Shown: positions 1 through 8,500 of the stretch, in pieces
Position numbering within the stretch: position 1 is the stretch's first letter
How the letters are laid out: each line of letters starts with the position of its first letter
DNA from: Candidatus Methanoperedenaceae archaeon
Lineage (GTDB): Archaea > Halobacteriota > Methanosarcinia > Methanosarcinales > Methanoperedenaceae
DNA length: 15,741 bases
Assembly: GCA_963753595.1 (NCBI GenBank)
Contig: CAVWCX010000032.1
Span: 1-15,741, forward strand
Direction: 5' to 3'
Position numbers and translations under genes: made by a program
The notes under the pieces: generated by a model
The model's input: the letters and a program-made list of their open reading frames with translations, nothing else
Told to the model about the DNA's origin: nothing
Databases searched by the model: none

Positions 1-143
1 TGGCATTCTTATGCCCGCACATAACATAAGATATCTATTCCTGAATAAAACATTGTCGTCATTGTTCGCTTTCTGTTAACACAGGCAAAATACATTTATG
101 GCATCAAATCCTAATCATTTTATTTTACTTCAAAAATTTCCAT

Positions 144-911
144 CTATATTCTAAAAACATTTTCATAATGATATTTTAAAAAGCTCTTGTCCGGCAAAAA
201 TTTCTTAGGTTTTGAAATTATTTTGTCGCTATAAGGCAAAAAAAATTTCTGGACAGCCTCATTCTTTTTGTAATCAAGGAGTACGGGAGAGAGTTTAATT
301 TCATAATCTTCGGTTATTGTAATCAATCCTCTATCAAACGCTTTATCATGCAGTAAGTTGAGGCATAGTCCATTATGAGGATTTAATCGATTTTTTTCAT
401 CTTTAGACCATGGAATAATATGACTTGCCACTAAAAATTCAGGTATCGAAATCCCAGTTATGCAGCATTTATTTTCATAAGTTGCAAGAATAGCAGATCT
501 AAAAAAATTTTGATAAACTCTTGCTTTAATTATAGCTTCTCGGTCTGTTCCCTCAATAGGCAAGCTATCCAAATCTATATTAGCAGATTTTTCAATCGGC
601 TCCCCTTTAAATCGTGCGAGCAATATCTCGCTTTCAAAAGCTAATTCATCCCAATTACCATTAAATTCTTTCCAGATTTCTTTGTCACTTTTGCTTCCAT
701 GGCGCATTCCTACAATATTTCTTTTTTGAAGTTCAGGATCAAGGCTGGCAAAGTTAGATAATTTAAGGGCAACAGCCGAGGGCGTTCTTCCGATAATTTT
801 GGCTAAGTTTATTATTTCGATATTATTATCATCGATTTTGCCAAAAGGTGTTTTGCAATATAAATTATATGCGATGATTAATTCTTCTCGGTTCCAGTTT
901 TTTCGCGCCAT
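144..911 (-). CDS. HNH endonuclease (putative restriction endonuclease, HNH_2-like)
   Basis: 255 aa. C-terminal CCITG...LVASHIIPW...NPHNGLCLNLLHDKAFDRGLI is an HNH nuclease signature. N-terminal WNREELIIA..LY...IGRTPSAVALKLSNF is typical of this family. AT-rich. Confidence 0.88.
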   Translation of the reverse strand: MARKNWNREELIIAYNLYCKTPFGKIDDNNIEIINLAKIIGRTPSAVALKLSNFASLDPELQKRNIVGMRHGSKSDKEIWKEFNGNWDELAFESEILLARFKGEPIEKSANIDLDSLPIEGTDREAIIKARVYQNFFRSAILATYENKCCITGISIPEFLVASHIIPWSKDEKNRLNPHNGLCLNLLHDKAFDRGLITITEDYEIKLSPVLLDYKKNEAVQKFFLPYSDKIISKPKKFLPDKSFLKYHYENVFRI

Positions 912-972
912 TTTTATAATAAAAATTATGTTCTCAATTTATTTAAATATAATCTTATTTCATTCTATTTGG

Positions 973-1341
973 TTAAATATAATTTAATATTTCATTCTCT
1001 AATAATTCTAAACTTTCATTAACCATATCTAACCTATTCTTATACCATTCATTTCTGCAATAAACTTTTGGAAACACTTTTTCATCATTACAATTTCTAA
1101 AACTTATACTCATAATTTCATCAACAGCTTTTTGAGAAAATTGAGTTGGAGTGTCCGTATTCTGAGTAATTACTTTCCCCGTATCATCGGTTCCAATCGT
1201 TAAAGCTCCAACTTCAACAATAAACGGACATTTCTCAATCAGATTTGATGTAATTCCTTTTTCAAATAAAACTGCATGTGATTTTAGTTCCTCGATTTTA
1301 TTTTTTAAAACCGCTTCATTCATTTTAGTATTAAGCTGCAT
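973..1341 (-). CDS. hypothetical protein (122 aa)
   Basis: Open ORF in AT-rich DNA, preceded by a strong SD-like GAGGAGGG (complement of ccctcctc, ~1350-1357). No recognisable motif. Confidence 0.65.
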   Translation of the reverse strand: MQLNTKMNEAVLKNKIEELKSHAVLFEKGITSNLIEKCPFIVEVGALTIGTDDTGKVITQNTDTPTQFSQKAVDEIMSISFRNCNDEKVFPKVYCRNEWYKNRLDMVNESLELLENEILNYI

Positions 1342-1363
1342 ATTATAGTCCCTCCTCTCTCAT

Positions 1364-1393
1364 ATCCATGAAAATCCGTCTGATCCGTGTCAT
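1364..1393. repeat. partial 9-bp-period ATCCGTG-type intergenic repeat (copy 1)
   Basis: atccatgaaaatccgtctgatccgtgtcat matches 3137-3166 at 22/30 positions in the same orientation. Confidence 0.6.
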
Positions 1394-1406
1394 GTCCACT
1401 CCCCTT

Positions 1407-2975
1407 TCACACCCCCACATCCATCTCCTCATCCGCCTTCACTTCCGGCGCCCTGTGCTTTTCCTCATACTTTCTTTCCGCCGCCCATATAGCTGGCGCG
1501 TCCTTGCTCCTCCCTTTTGTATCACTTGTCAGCCTCTTTCGGATCTTGACAAGCGCCGGGGTGTTTATCGCCACACCAGAAATGATCGCCTGGCCTTTTG
1601 CAAGAGATGGCAGCTCTGATATCAGGTCCCTGCTTGCAGATTCGATGCTCTGGGCTATCTGCTGCTGGTCTGTGGGATTTATTATTCGCATTGTGATCTG
1701 GGTCATGCATTGCGAGAGGGAATCCGCATCCAGCTTACTGGGGCGCTGTGAGACAAGGCATACGCCTATTCCGAATTTCCTGCCTTCTGAGAGAATTGTC
1801 TTTAAGATGCTTTTTGATTTTGCCTCGCCGCTTTGCGGAGCGAACCTGTGGGCTTCCTCGATCACTAAGAAAACAGGATAGGGGAGGAATTTATCCACAT
1901 GGGATTCATTGTACCTGTTGTTCTCTGTGCCTTCGCGCGCATCGAACAGGCGGCGCAGCATTATCGAAGCGATCAATTGCTGGAATGTCTCCTCGATGCC
2001 TGAAACGTCCATTATAGTGAGCTGCCCGACTTTGAAATAATCGGCAAGGGGGATGGTCTGGAAATCATCAAAAATGAATGCATACAGCTTCCCGAATCTC
2101 CAGTTGATGCCTTCGATCGTGGACTCGTTATTTGAATCCCGAAGAGCCTCTATCTCCTGTTTTAATTCGTTGCGGGTGAACTGCTTTTTACTGTTGTTTT
2201 TAAGGTTATGAAAAGCCGAACGGAACAGTGTCTTCATTTTATCAGACATTGTCCCATCATCCATGATACTGATAAAATCGCCAATCAGAAGGTCGCTTAT
2301 CCTGATCTTGATATCCTTTGGTTTAACTATCCTCACTTTTGGGCGATATGTTGAAGTCACAAATTCTGGCGCGTTTGAAATTTCACCAAGGGAAGAGTAT
2401 TCCCCGTGAGGGTCGAAAATAAGCACAGGAGCCATGTTTTGGGGCTTTAGCAGCTCTTCAACCAATACGCCGACAGTATATGATTTCCCGGCGCCGGTAG
2501 ATGCGATCACTGATATGTGCTGGCTCACGATATCACGTACGGATAACATGATACCTGTCTTTTCACCAAGCACGTTACCGATTAATGCAGAACCTGAGCC
2601 ACCTCCTTTTACTTTGCTTATATCTTTCAGGATATCCTCGCCCGCGCGGTCGATCTTCACGCCGCTTGCAGGATTTGTCCTGGGATTTATGAATTCACCC
2701 ATCGATGTATCAAAATAGCCGACCACCGATGCAGAATATGAATAATATTTGAAATCCTGTGGATCAAGGCCGTAAAATGCAGAAACGTCATCAGGAGAAA
2801 GCTCCATATCCATAAGGAATTCCTGCGGATACTGTTTGAGGGGCTCTCCATGTTTCACCCTGCACAGGATCTTTCTTTCACCTTCATTGTAGGATGCGAA
2901 CATCCCGGCAGGAAGCCTTTCTCCTGAAATGAATGAAAATCCCTCTTCATCCGAATGATTGACGATTCCAATCAT
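1407..2975 (-). CDS. herA: HerA-family ATPase/helicase (FtsK/HerA superfamily)
   Basis: Walker A ASTGAGKS, IFDPHGEY, Walker B FLVIEEAHRFAP, EGRKFG arginine-finger region and SQRPS. N-terminal HAS-barrel-like region. GGAGG SD upstream. Clustered with nurA/rad50/mre11. Confidence 0.92.
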   Translation of the reverse strand: MIGIVNHSDEEGFSFISGERLPAGMFASYNEGERKILCRVKHGEPLKQYPQEFLMDMELSPDDVSAFYGLDPQDFKYYSYSASVVGYFDTSMGEFINPRTNPASGVKIDRAGEDILKDISKVKGGGSGSALIGNVLGEKTGIMLSVRDIVSQHISVIASTGAGKSYTVGVLVEELLKPQNMAPVLIFDPHGEYSSLGEISNAPEFVTSTYRPKVRIVKPKDIKIRISDLLIGDFISIMDDGTMSDKMKTLFRSAFHNLKNNSKKQFTRNELKQEIEALRDSNNESTIEGINWRFGKLYAFIFDDFQTIPLADYFKVGQLTIMDVSGIEETFQQLIASIMLRRLFDAREGTENNRYNESHVDKFLPYPVFLVIEEAHRFAPQSGEAKSKSILKTILSEGRKFGIGVCLVSQRPSKLDADSLSQCMTQITMRIINPTDQQQIAQSIESASRDLISELPSLAKGQAIISGVAINTPALVKIRKRLTSDTKGRSKDAPAIWAAERKYEEKHRAPEVKADEEMDVGV

Positions 2976-3046
2976 AAGAACCTCCCTTTATCATCAGTTA
3001 AGAAACAAAAGGTACATTTTGATTTTATCCTGGAAAATGAATCAAG

Positions 3047-3114
3047 AACCACAGAGCACTCAGAGAACACAGAGCTTTGCCATTTTCTCTGTGTCCTCTG
3101 TGCTCTCTGTGGTT
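3047..3114. repeat. REP-like palindrome built of 9-bp CACAGAG units
   Basis: Arms 3047-3074 (aaccacagagcactcagagaacacagag) and 3087-3114 (ctctgtgtcctctgtgctctctgtggtt) are complementary at 24/28 positions, with a 12-nt loop. Confidence 0.85.
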
Positions 3115-3136
3115 TTTCAAATATCTGGTCTTCAAG

Positions 3137-3178
3137 ATCCGTGATAATCCGCGCAATCTGCGTCATCCGTGTTCTATT
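3137..3178. repeat. 9-bp-period ATCCGTG-type intergenic repeat (copy 2)
   Basis: atccgtgat-aatccgcgc-aatctgcgt-catccgtgt-tctatt: four degenerate tandem units, related to 1364-1393. Confidence 0.7.
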
Positions 3179-3188
3179 TAGACTGAAA

Positions 3189-3722
3189 TTAATGTAAATC
3201 CCTCCGGATATATTTTCGAACAAGCTTCAACATAGATTTGCATTCAGGACACTGCGCCTCAACCTGGTCGATCATTGAAATGAGGACATTTTGTGAAAGA
3301 TCATTCCTGTTGGAGTGAAAATAAGCGATACCTGGCTTTCCGTTCAGTGTATGAAATAACTTCAATTCCTCATTGTTCAGCAATTCAACATTGTCCCGTA
3401 CATCAGGTGGTGAATCGATATCGTATTTTACTATCCCGTTATGGATCATCCCAAGCCCATGGATAAAATAATAGCTGTTCCTGAAATCCTCATTAAAAGG
3501 AGCATACTTGGGCGCCAATTCAGGGTCAATATAAGGAATAAGGTCTTCCCATATTGAATTTGTGATGTTCTTTATTACTCCTACGATCAATACGTCATCT
3601 TTTCTTATTTTGACGAAACTTCCTATGCGTTCTTTTTTAGCATCGGGCGGAATTTTTGCCACATAAGTCCGCGCGTCTTCAACCCTTATTATGTCTCCTA
3701 ATGTCATTTTATCCATCCTCAA
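3189..3722 (-). CDS. stand-alone HAS-barrel-like protein (HerA/NurA associated)
   Basis: LGDIIRV...IGSFVKI...IVGVIKNI...GLG...SPPDVRDNVELL follows the HAS-barrel strand pattern (G.I...G.FV.I...G.I...PP..V). Lies between nurA and herA. True start may be a downstream Met (MDKM/MTLG). Confidence 0.7.
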   Translation of the reverse strand: MRMDKMTLGDIIRVEDARTYVAKIPPDAKKERIGSFVKIRKDDVLIVGVIKNITNSIWEDLIPYIDPELAPKYAPFNEDFRNSYYFIHGLGMIHNGIVKYDIDSPPDVRDNVELLNNEELKLFHTLNGKPGIAYFHSNRNDLSQNVLISMIDQVEAQCPECKSMLKLVRKYIRRDLH

Positions 3723-4129
3723 TTTTGACCAATAATACTTATGATTCCATTGAATTCTAAATCATATGTAAAAAGCGTATCAATCTCATGCCTTTCCATA
3801 AGTGCTATATTCGTACAATCTGTAAAACTGAAATTCTTGTCCCTGTATTTCAGATAAAGCTCCCATGCCCTATCAAAGTCGAATGGCTCAATGAACCGGA
3901 ATATGATCGGTCTGGTTCGAGCAAATCGTCCCAGGTCTTCTGAAAAATTCTTATTGCCGGTCCTGATATAAGCAATGGTTACTGCCTCATCGAAAATATA
4001 ATCGCTGATATACATTTTTCCAAATTCGCCTTTCAAAGCCCTGGTCATGATATCAAGTGCTTTATTATGGTTCCTGTCATCAGCATTCCTGGCTGCAACA
4101 AGCGCAGAAGTGTCAATAAGAAGGCTCAT
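3719..4129 (-). CDS. vapC: PIN-domain VapC-family toxin
   Basis: LLIDTSAL, SDYIFDEAVT, FSFTDC and LFTYD supply the PIN acidic residues. ATGA overlap with the upstream small gene. Confidence 0.9.
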   Translation of the reverse strand: MSLLIDTSALVAARNADDRNHNKALDIMTRALKGEFGKMYISDYIFDEAVTIAYIRTGNKNFSEDLGRFARTRPIIFRFIEPFDFDRAWELYLKYRDKNFSFTDCTNIALMERHEIDTLFTYDLEFNGIISIIGQN

Positions 4130-4389
4130 GGATTCCTGTAAAGATGGCGGTCAATATCTTCTGAAGAATCTGCAACTCCCCAATGCACTGGTTTTTTCAA
4201 CATTAATAGGGCTGTAGTATCTTCTTTTTTCAGGATTTTTTTTATAGTAGCAATATCTGCATTTGATATGAGTATATCGAGGATCTTTTTTTCTGTAATT
4301 TTAATTCCACTGGTGCGTAATTGTTGATGCATAGTATCAAGTATTATTTTTGCATCTGAACTTATTTTAACGCTAGTGTTCTCAGTCAT
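4126..4389 (-). CDS. putative antitoxin (RHH-like N-terminus)
   Basis: 87 aa directly upstream of and overlapping the PIN gene. TSVKIS beta-strand followed by helices. C-terminal DSSEDIDRHLY resembles VapC-binding tails. Confidence 0.72.
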   Translation of the reverse strand: MTENTSVKISSDAKIILDTMHQQLRTSGIKITEKKILDILISNADIATIKKILKKEDTTALLMLKKPVHWGVADSSEDIDRHLYRNP

Positions 4390-4394
4390 ATTAG

Positions 4395-4427
4395 TCTACT
4401 TTCTACTTTCTACCAAATAAATGATTT
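4395..4427 (-). promoter_or_regulatory. putative internal promoter and operator of the TA module
   Basis: Minus-strand TTTATTT ~26-32 nt upstream of ATG 4389, followed by three 7-bp tandem units (+ strand tctactt tctactt tctacca, 4395-4415). Confidence 0.55.
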
Positions 4428-4450
4428 GTCTGGTTCCATTTCTTCAGAAT

Positions 4451-5593
4451 TCATAATCTCTTATGAAAATCCTTTGCACTTCTATGAATCTTAATCCCAT
4501 GAACCTTACAAAAATTCTCAAGCATCCCGAAAAAAAGCTCATGTTCGTTAGTCCTGATCACAGCTGCGTCATGTGCCCGCATCAATATGTCAGGATAATT
4601 GCTGCGAATGATACACTCTGCCCTGATAATATCTGCGATCTTATCGACCATGCCCTCTTTATGAACCCATGCAGGAAATTCCACACGCGCTGGAAGCCCA
4701 TTGCCTGTCCTCATGTAAAAAAAGCCGATATCGTTCCTGAATCTGCCGTAGTTATCAAGAACGGATCTTGCCTCCTCGCCGCGCCTGTCATCACGATCGC
4801 ATAGAAACGCTGCTGTGCGCTCGCCCCATAACATATTAGAAAAAAGATGCGTATCCGGGAGTTTGCTTTTTCTCAATCCGAAAAGAAAATGCATCATCAG
4901 GGTAATATCCCGTGGCATAGTGGTATCAATGAAACCGATCACCGGGTTTTTTGTTTTTTCCGACGCCTCGAGCAGTTTCATTATCGCTTTTACATATATT
5001 TCCCGCATGTTCTTGTTCAACACATTAATATGTGAAAGAATAAGCGCGCCATCAAGTATGACAAAGATTTTTTTATATTCATTCATCAAGCGTACAATTC
5101 CATCACATTCCATAGAAAAACGACGCGCATCGACATATTCACTGCTAAAGGAATAAACGCTTGCCGCCTCAAATTCATCGGGTGTGATTATCGTTGCATC
5201 TGTTTCCTGCTTATAATCCATATTTTCAGTATGCCTGTTAAAAATGCGCGAAATCTGGACCACAGCAAGGGGTATTTCATAATTCTTATCTGAATATATC
5301 TGGCTTCCGTCCACTGCCCCGACTGGAACCCCGGAAAGAACGGAATCCACCCATTCCATTGCAGCATTACGGTTTTTCCAGTTAAATGGGAACATATGAA
5401 TTAGCTTTCCTGGCTCAAGAAGCTTCGCGCCGCTATATGATAGAAGATTTTTATTAAGTTCCAGGTTGATTATTTTCAATTTGTCAAGTTCAGTTCTATA
5501 CTCCATCGTCAATTCGGAACGTTCGGCATCATATGATTTTATTGCGGACAGCTTCTCATCGAACTGAAGCGAGATATTTTTTAAGTCGAGCAT
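4451..5593 (-). CDS. nurA: NurA 5'-3' nuclease
   Basis: GAVDGSQ, VILDGAL, PARVEFP and C-terminal NYPDILMRAHDAAVI motifs. Overlaps the rad50 stop by 13 nt. Confidence 0.9.
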   Translation of the reverse strand: MLDLKNISLQFDEKLSAIKSYDAERSELTMEYRTELDKLKIINLELNKNLLSYSGAKLLEPGKLIHMFPFNWKNRNAAMEWVDSVLSGVPVGAVDGSQIYSDKNYEIPLAVVQISRIFNRHTENMDYKQETDATIITPDEFEAASVYSFSSEYVDARRFSMECDGIVRLMNEYKKIFVILDGALILSHINVLNKNMREIYVKAIMKLLEASEKTKNPVIGFIDTTMPRDITLMMHFLFGLRKSKLPDTHLFSNMLWGERTAAFLCDRDDRRGEEARSVLDNYGRFRNDIGFFYMRTGNGLPARVEFPAWVHKEGMVDKIADIIRAECIIRSNYPDILMRAHDAAVIRTNEHELFFGMLENFCKVHGIKIHRSAKDFHKRL

Positions 5594-8500
5594 GTTTCAA
5601 CCCTGCTTTCGCCATCGATTTTCTCGATCCTTATGACATTACCATATTTTTCATTGAATGTATCATCATGCGAAATGACAAAAACCTGTTTAAAACCGCG
5701 GATCTTGGTTATTTCTTCTGATAGTTTCTCTCTTCGGAATTCATCCATATTCTGGGTTGGCTCATCAAGAAATACAAAATCGCAATTAGACAGGGCTTTC
5801 AATAATGCAAGGCGAACAGAAAGCGCTGCGCTCATCCTTTCGCCACCGCTTAATTGCCGGAAATATTTTGTTTCACCGTTGGAATTTATTTCAATATCGT
5901 AATCATTAACCCATTTCAGACTGGAAGAATGATCATCCATTATTTCGCTAAAAATATTGCTTGCTTCCTGGCTTATCTCTCCTATGAATTCATTAACAAT
6001 AAATTCCGAGGAATTTTTGATGGTTTCGCGTATGAAATTTGAGAACGATAAAAACTCCTTTTCATTTTCAAGATTTTTCTGGATCTCTTTTATTTTCAGG
6101 ATGTAAGAATCCATAGATGCAATATCTTTTGATATTTTCTCCAGGTTCTTTCTTTTTCCCCGCACAGTTTCTGCATTAGTGCTTAATGTTTTTTCAAGTT
6201 CAAGTAGTCGGGAAATAATATCGTTTAATTCTTGTTCACTGAACTGCAACAGGATTTCGTCGTGATTTTTGATATTTTCTGAAAGGGAAGCGTTCATTAC
6301 TACAATACCTTCCTCGATCTTATTACAATCCAGTGTATAATCATTCAATTTCAAAGAGAGAGGCAGATTCTGTAGATATCGATTATGTTCCGGTTCAAGT
6401 TTTGCGATTTTCTCATTGGCTAAAGTGAGCTTTTCATCAATACCGTCATAAACTAAAAATCTTGCTTTGCATTTTTCGCGTTCGCTCTTGCTTGAATCAA
6501 GCGATGCCGGAATATGTTCGAGAGTTTTAAGCTCTTTAAGATTCTTTTCGATGAGCCCATTCAATTTCTCATATTCCATATCAGGGGATTTCAGGGCTTT
6601 AAGCTCATTATTCCGGCTCTCTATAAGTCCATCCGCGATCCTGATCTCGCCCGGATTTCCAACAAGTATTCCCCTGTGTCCGAACCTAGCACAGATCAAT
6701 TGAAGTTGTTCCAGGCACCCTGAAATCTTTTCGGGTACTTCTTTTAATAATTCCATATCTGAATTTTTCGAATTTATCAGGGATTCGAGCGTATTTACCT
6801 GGCCCTGGGGATCATTCAGGTCTTTTAATGATCTCTCAAGAGATTTTATTTCCCTGATGGTATTTTCAAGTTGTTCCTTAATATTATCTATCCCGATATC
6901 CAGATTGAACCTGGAGTTTAGCTCCAGTATTTTCTTGCTGCATTCAGAAAAAGCATCCGTCAGATTATTTAACGTTTCAAGGTCCTGATTTTTCGATCTA
7001 ATTAAAGCATTGATACTCTCAAATTCAGAAACGGATTTCTGTATTTTTTCAAATTCTTTCTTACAAGCCGATAGCCTCTGGTAAACGGTTTTTAATTCAT
7101 CTTCGCTGCCTGAAAGTTCACCAAATCCAAGCATGGAATGGGATGATCCAAGGGATTCAATTTTTTGCCTGCATTCAATGAGTTCATCATGTGCTTTTTT
7201 GTATGTATTGAGTTCTTTCTTATTAGAAGCGATAAGCACTAAAACGTCTTCAAACTGTTTTTTTGGGGATTTGAGGTGATCCAGCTCATTTGAGACAAAC
7301 CTGGATTTCTCTTCTATCTCTTTTAATTCTTTTTTCTTTGAATCCATCTCATTATTGAAGTACTGGCTAAAATCAGCTACAGATTTGCATTTTACTCCAT
7401 TTAAAACCGGACAAATACCCTGTGTTCCGGCAAGTTTCATATTATGCTTTATCTGCTTGAGAAGTGAATTGACAGCAGTTTGCTGATGTCCAAGTTTGAG
7501 GAGTCTGGCATCAAGCAAATCCTGTTTTTCGATCAGCGGTTCAAGTATTTTCAATCTGTTTTCAAGCTCTGTGATCTCCAATGAGAGCTTATTTGCCGTC
7601 TCATCTCTTTCGGTTGCCTTTCGAAGTTCAAAATCAAGTCTGGATAGAGCATCCAAAAAAGAAGAGAGGTTTTTGATCTCCTCTTCAAGAGCGATATGTT
7701 TCTCTACTTCAGGGATCAACTGGTTTTTCTTTGACAAAAGGATAGTTATTTCTGTCTTGAGGTTTTCAGCTCGCGCCTCTTTCTCTTTGAGAGAAGCAAC
7801 ATCCGATGACAGCGCCCGAAGTGGAGATTCAAGTTCTTCTTTCAGGTCTTTTATACTTGATACAAGTTCCAGTTGTTTTTCTTTTAAAGGTAAAAGTGAT
7901 GCTTTTTTAATGTTATGCCGCTCGATTTCCTTCCTGATATCCTCCATTTGCTTTTGCTTTTCCCTGAGATTTGCCAGATCATATAAAATAGCCGCCATCG
8001 GCTCTTTTAGTTCTTTTTGAAGTTCCTTTATTGATTCCTCAAGATTGCGTGCTTTTTCGATTGCAGGAAGTAGCTCATTCTTTTTTTCTTCAAGGTCATT
8101 ATTTTCTTGCGTAAGTTTGAGCGAGCGCTCAAGTTTTTCAAGAAAAACTGTAATTTTGAAATCAAGTTTTGAAAGTTCTTCTTTTAACCTGTCCCTCTTT
8201 ATTCTCTCTTCGTTCAGGCTTTTCAAAACTAGATTCTCTTTCTTGAAATCCTCTTCAACCGGAAGGAGTTCATCTACGATTTTACTGGCGGCCCGGGAAA
8301 GCGAAAGTTCAGATATTGCTTTTTCAAGCTGGTTATTGCGTTCTTTAAGGCGGACCTGCTCATTGACTATCTGTGATGAAATAATATCTATCCGGGATTT
8401 TTTCGCTGCCAGATCCTCCTTTTTCAGCTTAAGCTCTTTTATCTTATTTTTAGTGTCTTCAATTTCTCTCTTAAAGGTTTCAATCTCTACTTCAAGTAAT

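Noticed and set aside
1-143. gcacataac (17-25) resembling an integron attC core, and ggcat-tctt-atgcc hairpin (2-15)
   Set aside because: No matching partner core or L boxes are visible in the window, and no attC-like site lies between the two AT-rich genes.
3047-3178. Possible CRISPR array
   Set aside because: No identical repeats separated by unique spacers, and no cas genes in the window.
2955-3223. Three overlapping short ORFs (2955-3197 +, 2959-3144 +, 2972-3223 -)
   Set aside because: They translate the 9-bp-period repeats (PQRAQRTQR, LCVLCALCG, TRMTQIARIITD), which lack stops, so they are probably artefacts. The minus ORF does bridge HAS to herA with overlaps, so translation cannot be fully excluded.
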